DNA of 64,000 nucleotides from Alphaproteobacteria bacterium (GCA_036394195.1 DASWFO010000199.1:6934-70933); one strand, 5' to 3'; counted from the stretch's first letter, positions 49,734 through 60,161 are shown. Notes: a model not told the origin generated them from the letters alone. Numbers and translations are program-made.

Positions 49734-50768
49734 CTAGCGGCCCAGGACCTCGCGCCGCACGATCGCCGTCCCTTCGGCCAGCACCTTGAGCTTGGCGAAG
49801 GCGGCGTCGCGCGAAATGTATTTCATACCGCAATCCGGGGCCGGGATGATGCGCTCAGGCGGGACGTATTTGAACGCCCGGCGGATGCGGTCCGCGACCA
49901 TGTCGGGCGTCTCGGGCGCCGGGTCGCCGAGGCTGATCACGCCGAGAATGATCGTCTTGCCGGGGAGGCTGTTCAGGATCTCGAGGTCGAGGTTGGATTG
50001 CGCGGTTTCGATCGAGATCTGGCCGGCGGCGCTTGATGCCAGCTCAGGAAGGAATGAATACCCGCTCGGCCGCACATGGACGACATGCGCATAGCCGAAG
50101 CACAGATGGACCGCGGTCGGGCCCGGGATGCCCTCGAGCGCCCGGTTGATCGCCTTCACGCCGTAGGCCTTGGCCTTCTCCGGCCGTGCCTGCAGATACG
50201 GCTCGTCCAGCTGGATCACGTCGGCGCCGGCCGCCTTCAGGTCGCGGATCTCGGCGTTCACCGCCGCGGCATAGTCCATCGCCAGCGCTTCGTCGTCCGG
50301 ATAGTGGTCGTTCTGCGCCTGCTGGGTCATGGTGAAGGGGCCCGGCAGGGTGATCTTGATCTTCCGATCGGTGTTGCGGCGGAGGAACTCGACGTCGCGC
50401 ACTTCGATCGGCCGCGTCCGCCGCACCGGGCCGGCGACCCGGGGCACCGGGTTGGCGTGGCCGGTGCGGTCGAGAGCGCTGCCGGGCCGGTCGATGTCGA
50501 CGCCTGACAGAGCGGTCGCGAAGCGGTTGGAGTAGCTCTCGCGCCGCATCTCGCCGTCGGTGATGATGTCGATGCCGGCTCGCTCCTGATCGCGGATCGC
50601 GACCAACGTCGCGTCGTCCTGCGCCTGCTCGAGGAATGCCGGCGTGACGCGCCAGATCTCGTGGGCGCGGACGCGCGGCGGCAGCCGGCCCTTCAGATTG
50701 GTGCGGTCGATCAGCCAATCCGGCTGCGGGTAGCTGCCGACAACCGTCGTTGGCAGGATCTGGTCCAT
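49734..50768 (-). CDS. Cobalamin-independent methionine synthase II family protein (MetE C-terminal-domain-like methyltransferase)
   Basis: MDQILPTTVVGSYPQPDWL...VIQLDEPYL... is 344 aa. Confidence 0.75.
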   Translation of the reverse strand: MDQILPTTVVGSYPQPDWLIDRTNLKGRLPPRVRAHEIWRVTPAFLEQAQDDATLVAIRDQERAGIDIITDGEMRRESYSNRFATALSGVDIDRPGSALDRTGHANPVPRVAGPVRRTRPIEVRDVEFLRRNTDRKIKITLPGPFTMTQQAQNDHYPDDEALAMDYAAAVNAEIRDLKAAGADVIQLDEPYLQARPEKAKAYGVKAINRALEGIPGPTAVHLCFGYAHVVHVRPSGYSFLPELASSAAGQISIETAQSNLDLEILNSLPGKTIILGVISLGDPAPETPDMVADRIRRAFKYVPPERIIPAPDCGMKYISRDAAFAKLKVLAEGTAIVRREVLGR

Positions 50769-50807
50769 CGCGTCCCCCAGTGTTCGTCGTTGTTGGCCCA
50801 CGTTAGC

Positions 50808-50843
50808 GCAAAAGAAAAAAGCGCGGGAGAGTTTCTCCCGCGC
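50808..50843 (-). terminator. Rho-independent terminator downstream of icd
   Basis: On the minus strand, GCGCGGGAG-aaac-TCTCCCGCGC is followed by TTTTTTCTTTT. Confidence 0.65.
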
Positions 50844-50872
50844 TTCATTTGGCCAGCCAGTTCAGCCTCGGG

Positions 50873-52090
50873 TCACACGCCCATGGCCTTCTTCAGGTTC
50901 TCGTCGATCTTGTCGAGGAACTGGGTCGTGGTGAGCCAGTTCTGGTCCGGTGAGATGAGGGCGGCGAGATCCTTGGTCATGAAGCCGCTTTCGACCGTGT
51001 CGACGCACACCTTCTCCAGGGTCTGGGCGAACTTCGACACCTCCGGGGTGTTGTCGAACCGGCCGCGATAGTCCAGGCCCCGAGTCCACGCGTAGATCGA
51101 GGCGATCGGGTTGGTGGAGGTCTGCTTGCCCTTCTGGTGCTCGCGGTAGTGGCGCGTCACGGTGCCGTGCGCCGCCTCGGCCTCGACCGTGCCGCCGTCG
51201 GGCGTCATCAGCACCGACGTCATGAGGCCGAGCGAGCCGTAGCCCTGGGCGACCACGTCGCTCTGGACGTCGCCGTCGTAGTTCTTGCAGGCCCACAGGA
51301 AGTCGCCGTTCCACTTCAGCGCCGCCGCGACCATGTCGTCGATCAGGCGATGCTCGTAGGTGAGCTTCTTCTCCTTGAACTTCTGGGCGAACTCCTGGTC
51401 GAACACCTCCTGGAAGATGTCCTTGAAGCGGCCGTCATAGACCTTGAGGATGGTGTTCTTGGTCGAGAGATACACCGGATAGCCGCGCATCAAGGCATAG
51501 TTGAAGCACGCGTGCGCAAAGCCGCGGATGGAATCGTCGACGTTGTACATCGCCATCGCGATGCCGGCGCTGGGGAAATCGAACACCACGTGGCGGATAT
51601 TCGTGCTGCCGTCGGTGCCGGTGAAGGTGATCGACAGCTTGCCGGGGCCCGGGATCTTGAAATCGGTGGCGCGATACTGGTCGCCGTAGGAATGGCGGGC
51701 GACGACGATCGGCTTCGTCCAGCCGGGGACAAGGCGCGGCACGTTCTTGCAGATGATCGGCTCGCGGAAGATCGTGCCGTCGAGGATGTTGCGGATCGTG
51801 CCGTTCGGCGATCGGTACATCGCCTTCAGGTTGAACTCCTTCACCCGCGCCTCGTCGGGGGTGATCGTCGCGCATTTCACGCCGACGCGGAATTTCTTGA
51901 TGGCGTTGGCGGCGTCGATGGTGATCTGGTCGTCGGTCCGGTCCCGCGCCTCGATGCCGAGGTCGTAGTATTTGAGGTCGATGTCGAGGTAGGGGAGGAT
52001 CAGCCGCTCGCGGATCATCTTCCAGATGATTCGGGTCATCTCGTCGCCGTCGAGTTCGACGATCGGATTGGCGACCTTAATCTTCTTCAT
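50873..52090 (-). CDS. icd: NADP-dependent isocitrate dehydrogenase (dimeric, eukaryote-like IDH1 type)
   Basis: 405 aa. [23 protein letters not shown]... and ...[31 protein letters not shown]... are highly diagnostic. Confidence 0.95.
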   Translation of the reverse strand: MKKIKVANPIVELDGDEMTRIIWKMIRERLILPYLDIDLKYYDLGIEARDRTDDQITIDAANAIKKFRVGVKCATITPDEARVKEFNLKAMYRSPNGTIRNILDGTIFREPIICKNVPRLVPGWTKPIVVARHSYGDQYRATDFKIPGPGKLSITFTGTDGSTNIRHVVFDFPSAGIAMAMYNVDDSIRGFAHACFNYALMRGYPVYLSTKNTILKVYDGRFKDIFQEVFDQEFAQKFKEKKLTYEHRLIDDMVAAALKWNGDFLWACKNYDGDVQSDVVAQGYGSLGLMTSVLMTPDGGTVEAEAAHGTVTRHYREHQKGKQTSTNPIASIYAWTRGLDYRGRFDNTPEVSKFAQTLEKVCVDTVESGFMTKDLAALISPDQNWLTTTQFLDKIDENLKKAMGV

Positions 52091-52197
52091 AGCCGTAAGA
52101 ACCTCAGCACAGTAGGGGGCCCGCGGGGACGCGGGAAAGGCGGTGTTTTAGCGCCAAAAACGGCGGGTGTCACCCCGGGCGGGGTGCGGGTCGTGGC

Positions 52198-52782
52198 CTA
52201 GAGCCGGCGGGCGCGTGGCTTGACCCGGGGGCGATGCGCCTTCTTCAGCGCCGGGATCACGGCGTCGATCGTGGAGACCACTCGGAACAGGCGGCGGAAC
52301 CCGGGCCGAGCATAGCCTTGATCGATGATGTGCTCGATGAGGCGTAGGAGCGGCCGCCAATAGCCGCCGAGGTCAACCAGCACGATCGGCTTGTCGTGCA
52401 GGCGGAGCTGGCGCCAGGTCACGATCTCGAAGAATTCGTCGAGCGTGCCGGGTCCTCCCGGCAGGACCACAAAGGCATCGGCAAGGCGGAACATTGTCTC
52501 CTTGCGCTCATGCATGCTCTTTGTCACCACGAGATGCGTCACGCGCGCGTGCCCGACCTCGGCGCGGATCAGGTGCTCAGGGATCACGCCGGTGACCTTG
52601 CCGCCGGTGCTCAAGGCGCCGTCGGCGAGCCGGCCCATGAGGCCGACCCGTCCGCCGCCGAACACCAGGCCGATGCCGGCTTCGGCTAGGCGGCGGCCGA
52701 GCTCGTGGGCGGCGTCCTGATCGCGGCGCGGCCCCCGATTGGACGAGCCGCAGTAGACGCAAACCGACTTCAGTCGAGGCAT
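52198..52782 (-). CDS. LOG-family protein (TIGR00730; cytokinin riboside 5'-monophosphate phosphoribohydrolase-like)
   Basis: VCVYCGSS...VFGGGRVGLMG...PGGPGTLDE motifs, 194 aa. Confidence 0.85.
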   Translation of the reverse strand: MPRLKSVCVYCGSSNRGPRRDQDAAHELGRRLAEAGIGLVFGGGRVGLMGRLADGALSTGGKVTGVIPEHLIRAEVGHARVTHLVVTKSMHERKETMFRLADAFVVLPGGPGTLDEFFEIVTWRQLRLHDKPIVLVDLGGYWRPLLRLIEHIIDQGYARPGFRRLFRVVSTIDAVIPALKKAHRPRVKPRARRL

Positions 52783-53006
52783 TGGGACAGTCGAGGCATG
52801 GGGGATTATTTTATTGCTGGGCTAATGCCACGATTTCGTGAACAAATAAGGGGAATAAGAGCCGGTTGCGGAGCGATCAAGTCTGCGTACAATAACGTGT
52901 TGGGAATAACGCGCGATGGTCGGTGTTCGTCACTCGCACGGGAGCCCCGTGCTTCTCGTCGAATCCAAACCTGGTGTCGAGTCCAAAACTAATAAGGAGC
53001 CAGCGC

Positions 53007-53471
53007 ATGAGCAAAGGTTTACGTCTGGGAGCGGCAGCCGCGGGGGTGGCCGTGCTTCTGGGAGTGGCGGTGATCGCCGAGGCGCAAAACGCGCCGGCAC
53101 AGATCAATCAGCGTCAGGAAGTTATGAAGGCCAATGGCGCCGCGGCGAAGACCCTAACTCAGCTGGTGCGCGGCGAGCAGCCGTGGAACCAGCAGGCGGC
53201 CCATCAGGCCGCGACGACGATCAACACCAACGCCAAGCAGATCCCCAGCCTGTTCCCGCAAGGGAGCGGGCCGGAAACCGGCGCCAAGACGGCGGCGTTG
53301 CCGGCAATCTGGCAGAACAAGGCCGACTTCGATGCGAAAGCCAAGGCTCTCGACGAGGAATCGGCGAAGCTGATGGCGGCCAACGACGAAGCGGCGGTCA
53401 AGGCGCAATTCGGCAACGTCGGCAAGACCTGCGGCGGCTGCCACGAGAGCTATCGCGCCAAAAATCCGTAA
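53007..53471 (+). CDS. Class II cytochrome c (cytochrome c'/c-556-like) with C-terminal CGGCHESYR heme site
   Basis: AAGGAG RBS; the signal is MSKGLRLGAAAAGVAVLLGVAVIAEA. It is a four-helix-bundle-length protein (154 aa) with CXXCH near the C-terminus. Confidence 0.8.
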   Translation: MSKGLRLGAAAAGVAVLLGVAVIAEAQNAPAQINQRQEVMKANGAAAKTLTQLVRGEQPWNQQAAHQAATTINTNAKQIPSLFPQGSGPETGAKTAALPAIWQNKADFDAKAKALDEESAKLMAANDEAAVKAQFGNVGKTCGGCHESYRAKNP

Positions 53472-53488
53472 GCTCCGTAGCAGCGGCC

Positions 53489-54427
53489 GTGCCGACGCGC
53501 GGCCGCTTCGGTGAATGGACACGGACGGCGGCCGTCTGCGCTGCCGCCGTCCTGTTTTGCGCCGTCGGCTTGCGCGCCGCGGGCCCCGCGCAGGCACAGG
53601 CCCCGGCGGCGGATGCGATCGCGCGCGGCCAATATATTTTCGACGCCGCCGGCTGTACCAGCTGTCACACCGATGAGAAGAACAAGGGGCAGCTCCTCGC
53701 GGGCGGGGTGCCGCTGAAGACGCCGTTCGGCACGTTCTACGGGCCCAACATCACGCCCGATCCGACCCACGGGATCGGCGGCTGGAGCGAGGCGGATGTC
53801 ATCCGCGCCCTGCGCGACGGAAAGGACGACGACGGAGATCACCTGTTTCCGGTGTTCCCCTACACCTCGTTCACGAAGATGACCGACGCCGATGCGAAGG
53901 ATCTGTGGGCGTATTTGAGGTCGGTCCCGCCCACGGCGACGCCGAGCAAGCCGCACGACATTGGCTTTCCGTTCAACATCCGCCTGGCGCAGATGTTCTG
54001 GAAGCGCCTGTTCTTCACGCCCGGCCGTTTTCAGCCCGACCCCGCGAAGAGTGCGGAGGTGAATCGCGGGGCATATATCGTTCAGGCGCTCGGCCACTGC
54101 GGCGAATGCCATACGCAGCGTAATCTCCTGGGCGGAATGGACACGAAGCTGTTCCTCGCCGGCAACACGCGCGGGCCGGACGGTCACGCGGTGCCGAACA
54201 TCACGCCCGATCCGGACACCGGCATCGGCAAGTGGAGCGACCGGGATCTCGTCGACCTGTTCAAGGAGGGGATGACGCCGGACGGCGATTTCGTGGGCGG
54301 CGCGATGGCCGAAGTGGTGCGCCACTCGACGAGCAAGCTCACCGATTCGGATATTCACGCGGTGATTGCCTATGTGCGCTCCCTGTCGCCGGTGCGGAAC
54401 CGTATCGAAGAGAAAAAAGCCCAATAG
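53489..54427 (+). CDS. Diheme c-type cytochrome (two CXXCH: GCTSCH, HCGECH), periplasmic
   Basis: The GTG start at 53489 gives the signal MPTRGRFGEWTRTAAVCAAAVLFCAVGLRAAGPAQA. There are two class-I cytochrome c domains, 312 aa in total. Confidence 0.7.
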   Translation: MPTRGRFGEWTRTAAVCAAAVLFCAVGLRAAGPAQAQAPAADAIARGQYIFDAAGCTSCHTDEKNKGQLLAGGVPLKTPFGTFYGPNITPDPTHGIGGWSEADVIRALRDGKDDDGDHLFPVFPYTSFTKMTDADAKDLWAYLRSVPPTATPSKPHDIGFPFNIRLAQMFWKRLFFTPGRFQPDPAKSAEVNRGAYIVQALGHCGECHTQRNLLGGMDTKLFLAGNTRGPDGHAVPNITPDPDTGIGKWSDRDLVDLFKEGMTPDGDFVGGAMAEVVRHSTSKLTDSDIHAVIAYVRSLSPVRNRIEEKKAQ

Positions 54428-54568
54428 GGTCAATGCCCTGCCGGCCCGGGTTGAGCCGAGGAAAGGGTTGGCGCGCCGGACCTTCTGGACTATTCTGCCC
54501 AGCAATTGGGCGGCATTCGCGCAACCGCGGTACGCCCGCAGCGCTGTCGCGCCACGCTCACGGTTCGG

Positions 54569-55567
54569 ATGCTCAATCGCAACGTCATCATTGGCCTCGT
54601 GGGCGCCGGTCTGCTCGCCATCGGCGCCGTCTCGGCGTGGATCACCCTGCAGCAGCAGGATCGCGACGAAGACCGGCCGCGGGCGGTAAGTCCGCCCGTC
54701 GCATCGCGGCCGCAAGCGCAACCGCAACAGGCGCCGTCGAGCCAGGCCGCGTTGCCGAGCTTCGATGTCGTGCGGATCAATCCGGCGGGCGATGCGGTGA
54801 TGGCCGGTCGCGCGGCACCGAATGCGACGGTTCATATTCTCGACGGCGAACAAGAGATCGGCACGGTGACGGCGGACTCGCGCGGCGAATGGGTGTTCGT
54901 GCCGAAGGATCCGCTGCCGTCCGGCTCGCGTGAGCTCAGCCTGACGGCGCGTGTTGGCGATCAGGACGTGCGCTCGGATCAGGTCGTGGTGCTGGCGGTT
55001 CCCGACCGCGCCGGAAAGCCGAACGAAGAGTTGCCGCTGGTCGTATCGACCTCGCGGTCGGGGCAGGGGGTGAGTCGCGTCCTGCAGGGACCCGGCCGGG
55101 CCGGTGATGGGGCGCGCCTGTCGCTCGACGTGGTCGGGGTGGACGCCGGCGGCGCGCTCGCGTTGAGCGGGCACGCACCGCCGAACACAACCATCCAGGC
55201 TTACCTGGACAACCGGCTCCTCGGCCGCGCGGTCGCCGGGGCCGATGGGCGCTGGCAGCTGACGCCGGCCGAGCACGCACCGCTCGGAACGGCGACTCTG
55301 CGCCTGGATCAGCTGGCGGATGACGGGCGCGTGGTGATGCGCGTCGAGCTGCCGTTCGCGCGGACCGAGGACCTCGTGGCTGGCGGCGGCGGTCTCGGAG
55401 CGACCGACGTCACGGTGAAGTCCGGCGATTCATTGTGGCGCATCGCCCGCCGCACCCAGGGACGCGGCATGGCCTACCTGACGATCTACCAGGCCAACCG
55501 CGACCAGATCCGCGATCCGGACCTCATCTATCCGGGTCAGGTTTTTCACGTCACACGCGTCAATTGA
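54569..55567 (+). CDS. LysM peptidoglycan-binding domain protein with Ig-like repeats
   Basis: N-terminal TM/signal MLNRNVIIGLVGAGLLAIGAVSAWI and the C-terminal LysM TVKSGDSLWRIARRT...YLTIYQANRDQIRDPDLIYPGQVFHV. Confidence 0.75.
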   Translation: MLNRNVIIGLVGAGLLAIGAVSAWITLQQQDRDEDRPRAVSPPVASRPQAQPQQAPSSQAALPSFDVVRINPAGDAVMAGRAAPNATVHILDGEQEIGTVTADSRGEWVFVPKDPLPSGSRELSLTARVGDQDVRSDQVVVLAVPDRAGKPNEELPLVVSTSRSGQGVSRVLQGPGRAGDGARLSLDVVGVDAGGALALSGHAPPNTTIQAYLDNRLLGRAVAGADGRWQLTPAEHAPLGTATLRLDQLADDGRVVMRVELPFARTEDLVAGGGGLGATDVTVKSGDSLWRIARRTQGRGMAYLTIYQANRDQIRDPDLIYPGQVFHVTRVN

Positions 55568-55639
55568 GCGGCCTCGCGGTCATTCGGCGCGCGTGAGCGT
55601 CTTGAACCGCCCTTCCGGCCGCGATTAGACTGCGCCGCC

Positions 55640-56335
55640 ATGCATCCCATGTTCAAGTCTGTCCCGATGCGTCTGCATCCGGATGGTTGGCCGTTCGTCG
55701 CCGGTGCCGCGATCGCCACCCTGCTGCTGGGCTGGCTATGGGCGCCGCTCGGCTGGATCGGCCTGATCATCACGCTGTGGATCGCGTTCTTCTTCCGCGA
55801 CCCCGACCGCGTCACGCCGATACGCCCGGGGCTCATCGTCAGTCCCGCCGACGGACACGTCCAGATGATCTGCTCGGCGGTGCCGCCCGACGAGCTGGAC
55901 ATGGGGCCGACGCCGCTCACGCGGATCAGCATCTTCCTGAATATCTTCGACGTGCACGTGAACCGGGTTCCTGCCGACGGCACCGTCGCATCGCTCGACT
56001 ATCGGCCGGGGCTGTTCCTGAATGCCGTCCTCGACAAGGCCAGCGAGGACAACGAGCGCATGGCCGTGCGCCTGAAGATGGTCGACGGTCCCGACATCGC
56101 CGTCGTCCAGATCGCAGGCCTGATCGCCCGGCGGATCAAATGCACCTTGCGCCAGGGCCAGGTGGTTCGCGCCGGCGAGCGCTACGGCCTGATCCGGTTC
56201 GGCAGCCGGGCCGACGTCTATCTGCCTCCCAACACGGCGCCGCTGGTGATCGTGGGCCAGCGCGCCATCGGCGGCGAGACGGTCCTTGCCGATCTTGCCT
56301 CCGGCGAAGTGCCCCGCGTGGGCGAGGTGCGCTGA
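55640..56335 (+). CDS. psd: Phosphatidylserine decarboxylase (short archaeal/rhizobial type proenzyme)
   Basis: 231 aa with the FFRDPDR...GSR/FGS... processing-site region ([13 protein letters not shown]). Confidence 0.85.
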   Translation: MHPMFKSVPMRLHPDGWPFVAGAAIATLLLGWLWAPLGWIGLIITLWIAFFFRDPDRVTPIRPGLIVSPADGHVQMICSAVPPDELDMGPTPLTRISIFLNIFDVHVNRVPADGTVASLDYRPGLFLNAVLDKASEDNERMAVRLKMVDGPDIAVVQIAGLIARRIKCTLRQGQVVRAGERYGLIRFGSRADVYLPPNTAPLVIVGQRAIGGETVLADLASGEVPRVGEVR

Positions 56336-57204
56336 TGTTCGGCCGGCCGGGTCAGCGGCGGAACCGCCTGCACCTGCGGGGCCCGCGCTTCAAACCACCG
56401 ATGATCAATCGGCTGATTCCGAACGCGCTCACCATCGCGGCCTTGTGCGCCGGGTTGACCGCGCTCCGCTTCGGGATGATGGAGCGCTGGGACCTGGCCG
56501 TCGTTGCGATCGTGGTCGCGGGCATCTTCGACGGTCTCGACGGCCGGATGGCACGGCTCCTCGGCGGGACATCGAAGTTCGGGGCCGAGCTCGACTCGCT
56601 CGCGGATTTCGTGAGCTTCGGCGCCGTGCCGGCGGTGCTGGTCTATATGGCGACGCTCCATCAGATCGGCGGCGTCGGCTGGGCGGTGTGCCTGGTGTTC
56701 GCGGTGTCCTGCGCCCTTCGCCTGGCGCGCTTCAACACGATGATCGGCGATCCGAACCCTCCGCCCTGGGCCGGATCGTTTTTCGTTGGCGTGCCGGCGC
56801 CGGCGGGCGCCGGACTCGCCATCCTGCCGCTGATGGGAACGATCGAATTCGGCGGCGGGTTTTTCGACCGGCCGGTGGTCAACGCGGTCGTGCTGCTCGG
56901 CGTGGCGGCGCTGATGATCAGCCGGATCCCAACCTTCTCCCTGAAGAAGCTCCACATCCGGCCGTCGATGGCGCTGCCGCTGTTCATGCTCGTGGTGGTG
57001 ATCGCGGCGGGCTTGGCCAGCGAACCCTTCCTGACGTTCATCATCGTGGACGCCTGCTATCTCGCCAGTATTCCGCTGGCGATCTGGATGCAGAGGAAAG
57101 CGAAGCGGCGGGCGATGACCGCCGCTTCGCCGGCACACGCCTTGTCGCATGTCGGCACCACGGACGGCGCGCACGCGCCGCCCGCGGATAACCGCGCCGG
57201 CTAA
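56335..57204 (+). CDS. pssA: CDP-diacylglycerol--serine O-phosphatidyltransferase
   Basis: It carries the CDP-alcohol phosphatidyltransferase motif DGLDGRMARLLGGTSKFGAELDSLAD. The start overlaps the psd stop. Confidence 0.85.
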   Translation: MFGRPGQRRNRLHLRGPRFKPPMINRLIPNALTIAALCAGLTALRFGMMERWDLAVVAIVVAGIFDGLDGRMARLLGGTSKFGAELDSLADFVSFGAVPAVLVYMATLHQIGGVGWAVCLVFAVSCALRLARFNTMIGDPNPPPWAGSFFVGVPAPAGAGLAILPLMGTIEFGGGFFDRPVVNAVVLLGVAALMISRIPTFSLKKLHIRPSMALPLFMLVVVIAAGLASEPFLTFIIVDACYLASIPLAIWMQRKAKRRAMTAASPAHALSHVGTTDGAHAPPADNRAG

Positions 57205-57210
57205 TCGCCG

Positions 57211-57639
57211 CTAGCGCCGGTCCGCCCGCGATACGACGACCTCGACCCGCCGGCCGGCGAGACTGGGCCCGACCAGATCCTGCACGGCACCTTGGTAGGT
57301 GCGCACGACGATCTCGCGCGGGATCTTGCGGGCGAGCAAGGCGCTCTCCACCGCCGCGGCGCGCTCTTCCGACAGCCGGAGATTGGTCGCTGGCAGGCCC
57401 GGAGTGCTGCTAGTGCCGACGATCCCAACCGCGGTGGCGTGGATGCGCTGCGCTTCGTCGGCAATCTGGTCAAGGACCGTCGACGCCTCCGGGGTGATCT
57501 CGGCGCTGTCGGGCGGGAAGAACACGAAGAAGGAGCGCGGCGGATAAAGCCCCGCATCGCGCGACGCGCACGCTCCGATGCCGATCAACAGCAACGCGGC
57601 CAACGCCGGCCGAACCGCCCACACCCGCCAGCCCGACAT
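57211..57639 (-). CDS. OmpA-family lipoprotein (OmpA C-like peptidoglycan-binding domain)
   Basis: Lipobox LLIGIGACAS and the OmpA_C motif ...GTSSTPGLPATNLRLSEERAAAVESALLARKIP.... The listed ORF starts at 57651. Confidence 0.7.
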   Translation of the reverse strand: MSGWRVWAVRPALAALLLIGIGACASRDAGLYPPRSFFVFFPPDSAEITPEASTVLDQIADEAQRIHATAVGIVGTSSTPGLPATNLRLSEERAAAVESALLARKIPREIVVRTYQGAVQDLVGPSLAGRRVEVVVSRADRR

Positions 57640-58239
57640 GGTCCCCCCCAAGGCGCTTCCGTTTAGCGGCTCTCTAGCACATCTTTCGAGGGTCGCGGGA
57701 GACCAGGCGACGCGCGCGTTGCATCATCCCGCGTGGGCAACTGGCTCAGCACCGCGATCCAGCCCGGCGGATTAAGAAAGAACGGAAAGGCGAACAGGAA
57801 CGGTGTGATGTAGGCCCACGCCGCCATGGCGCGGAATGTCTGCTCGTGAATCGGTGACGGCCGCGCCGGGGCGAGGACATGGGGCTTGGCGGGCGACGGA
57901 TCGTTGCGGCCGGTGGCTTCGCGGGCCGCTTGCACAAGGGCGCGACGATCTTCCAGAACGGCGGCTGTCGACAGACCTGATCGGGGCATGGGGACGACCA
58001 CCATGTCGCGATCAGCGGGGTCCGGTTCGGGCCGGGCTGGTGCCGCAGGCGGCAGCCAGGTGACAGATCATGGGGCTCACGACGGCTCCTCCTTCATGGA
58101 CACATAGTCTGAAATAGCCAAGTTCTCAAGACGAAGGCCCGGCGCATCGCCAGAGTTCGAGGCCCGTTTCTGTGACCAAATTGAAGCGGCGCCGCAGATG
58201 GCCCGCGGCGCCGCTCATTCGGCTCAGATCTTACGTCGG

Positions 58240-58590
58240 CTATTTTGCCTTCCGCATGCTGTGCGGGTTCATGTCCGGATCATTCGGATCGGCCGTCTGG
58301 TCCGGGGGATTGCGACGTCCCGTGGCCATGTTCGGATCGCGCCGGGTGCCCGCCGCGTCGGTGCCGGAGTTGTTGTTCGTCCGGTCGCGCGGACCGCCCG
58401 GGCCGGACCCGGTCACGTTCGTGCCGCCGCGGGTGCCTTCACCCTCGGTCGTGTTCGATCCGCCGCTCTGGCCCGTACCATAGCCCTGCGCGAGCGCGCC
58501 GCGCGAAACCGCCGACAGCGCAAACGCGGACAACGACAGCGTGCCGCAAGCGCGAAGGAAATTGCGGCGTCGTGCAGATGTAAGCTTCAT
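58240..58590 (-). CDS. Glycine-rich secreted low-complexity protein (Tat-like RRRNFL signal)
   Basis: MKLTSARRRNFLRACGTLSLSAFALSAVSRGALA followed by a G/T/N/D-rich sequence, 116 aa. Confidence 0.5.
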   Translation of the reverse strand: MKLTSARRRNFLRACGTLSLSAFALSAVSRGALAQGYGTGQSGGSNTTEGEGTRGGTNVTGSGPGGPRDRTNNNSGTDAAGTRRDPNMATGRRNPPDQTADPNDPDMNPHSMRKAK

Positions 58591-58720
58591 GATGGCGCCT
58601 CTGCCGGTGAGCGACAGCCTGTAGATTAAGCGCGGGCGTGAGGCGAAAGTTCCGGCAGGGCCGGGGTACTAAAGGACCGCGGCGCCTGCGATGTGGCCGC
58701 CGCGGTCCTCGGTGTCAACG

Positions 58721-59176
58721 TCAGCGCGTCGGCGTATTTCCGAGACTGTCGGTGCTCCCAGGCGTGGTGCCGGTACCGAGTGTGGTGCCCGTGCCCGGGG
58801 CGGCGCTGTTGCCGGTCGGGCCGGTCGTGGTGCTGGGGCTGGTGCCGCTTGGCGTCGAAGGCATTCCGGTCGCCAGGCTATCGCTGCTGCTCTGGCCGGG
58901 GCCCGAGTTGTTGAACGTCCCCGTCGCCGTTCCGCCGGGCATGCCGCTGGCGGTTCCGCCGTTCAATCCGGCGGCGCCACCCGTCCCGATGCCGCTGGTC
59001 CCGGCGCCACCTGTCCCGACGCCCGCACCGGCGCCGGCTCCGCCAGCTCCGCCTGCGCCGGCGCCGCCACCACCGCCCGCACCTTGAGCGAATGCGGCGC
59101 TGGACAGGACGAGGATGGAGACCGTACCGCAGAGGGCGAGCCAAATCCGACGTTGCGTGAGGCCGATCGATGTCAT
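58721..59176 (-). CDS. Glycine/threonine-rich secreted low-complexity protein
   Basis: Signal MTSIGLTQRRIWLALCGTVSILVLSSAAFA followed by GAGGGGGAGAGGAGGAGAGAG... and a T/S/G/P-rich tail. Confidence 0.5.
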   Translation of the reverse strand: MTSIGLTQRRIWLALCGTVSILVLSSAAFAQGAGGGGGAGAGGAGGAGAGAGVGTGGAGTSGIGTGGAAGLNGGTASGMPGGTATGTFNNSGPGQSSSDSLATGMPSTPSGTSPSTTTGPTGNSAAPGTGTTLGTGTTPGSTDSLGNTPTR

Positions 59177-59363
59177 GGTGAAAGCCCTTTGCTCAAAGGA
59201 CAGCTTGCGACAACAAGGGCGGGATTTGGCCGAAGGTTCCCTAGGGCGCGCAAAATTGCTCTTCGCGTTCGCCCCCTGCCGCTGATTGGCGCGAGCCGCG
59301 GAACCTTGGTGAAAGCGCCGTGTTCACGTCTTCAGAATTTCACGCGCAGCCCAAGAGGTCCGC

Positions 59364-59813
59364 ATGACCACCACAGTCGGCACCGAAACGACGCTCGAAG
59401 ACTTGCTGACGGATCTCGTCCAGCTCGACTACGACGCGGCCGAGGCCTATCAGGCGGCGGTCGATCGCTTGGAAAACGCAACGTACAAATCCGCGTTGAC
59501 CGAATTCCGCGAAGATCATCTGCGCCACACGCGCGAGCTCGGCGAATGCCTCAGAGCTGTTGGCAAGGCGCCTCCGACAGAGGGCGACATTAAAGAGTTT
59601 CTCACCAAGGGAAAGGTCGTCATCGCCGGTCTCGGGGGCGACGAGGCGATCCTCCGTGCCATGCTGAGCAACGAAGAGGACACGGTGACGGCCTACGACC
59701 GGGCGGTGAAATTCAAGGGCGCGCCGGACTCGGTGCTCGACATCCTGGAACGGGGCGACCAGGACGAGCATCGTCACGCGGAGTGGATCCGCGCGACCCT
59801 CGAGGCGAGCTGA
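59364..59813 (+). CDS. DUF2383 / PA2169-family ferritin-like four-helix-bundle protein
   Basis: 149 aa. ...LLTDLVQLDYDAAEAYQAAVDRLEN...EFREDHLRHTRELGECL... and a second half ...AILRAMLSNEEDTVTAYDRAV... form a duplicated helical pair. Confidence 0.7.
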   Translation: MTTTVGTETTLEDLLTDLVQLDYDAAEAYQAAVDRLENATYKSALTEFREDHLRHTRELGECLRAVGKAPPTEGDIKEFLTKGKVVIAGLGGDEAILRAMLSNEEDTVTAYDRAVKFKGAPDSVLDILERGDQDEHRHAEWIRATLEAS

Positions 59814-60161
59814 CCAGACGATTGCAGCGCTGCGGCGTCCCCCTCCCGCAGCCTGCAAGGAACGCCGGAGCGCCCCACCCGCGCTCCGGCGTTCGATCGT
59901 TTAGGCGTGCGTCATTCGCTGCCGCCGTCCTCAAATTTCCGAGAGCATCGTGGCCGGGCGGCTGGGGCTACGACTGCATCGTCGGCAGTCAAGCTGCCTA
60001 CAGGAGAAGGACCTCGGCGGCGGCGGCCGATGCGTTTCAGCGGTGCGGCAAATGCTTGCACGATTTATGACGCAAAAAAATCATCCTCGGGCAATGTCAC
60101 AGCCAAATCACAGCCGCCCTCATTACAATAAGCGCGCCATAAAAATCAGGGGCGGCGGCTC

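Noticed and set aside
52900-52990. Possible FNR/NnrR box TTGCGGAGCGATCAA upstream of the cytochrome c' gene
   Set aside because: The half-site spacing is off by one relative to TTGAT-N4-ATCAA and only one half-site matches well.
53450-55276. 608-aa minus-strand ORF antisense to the diheme cytochrome and LysM genes
   Set aside because: It is R/A-rich low complexity. The sense-strand genes carry CXXCH and LysM motifs.
57663-58004. 113-aa minus-strand ORF (possible 59-aa membrane peptide from the internal Met at 57827)
   Set aside because: It has a weak RBS and no homology signal and sits in a 590-bp intergenic gap. It cannot be supported from sequence alone.
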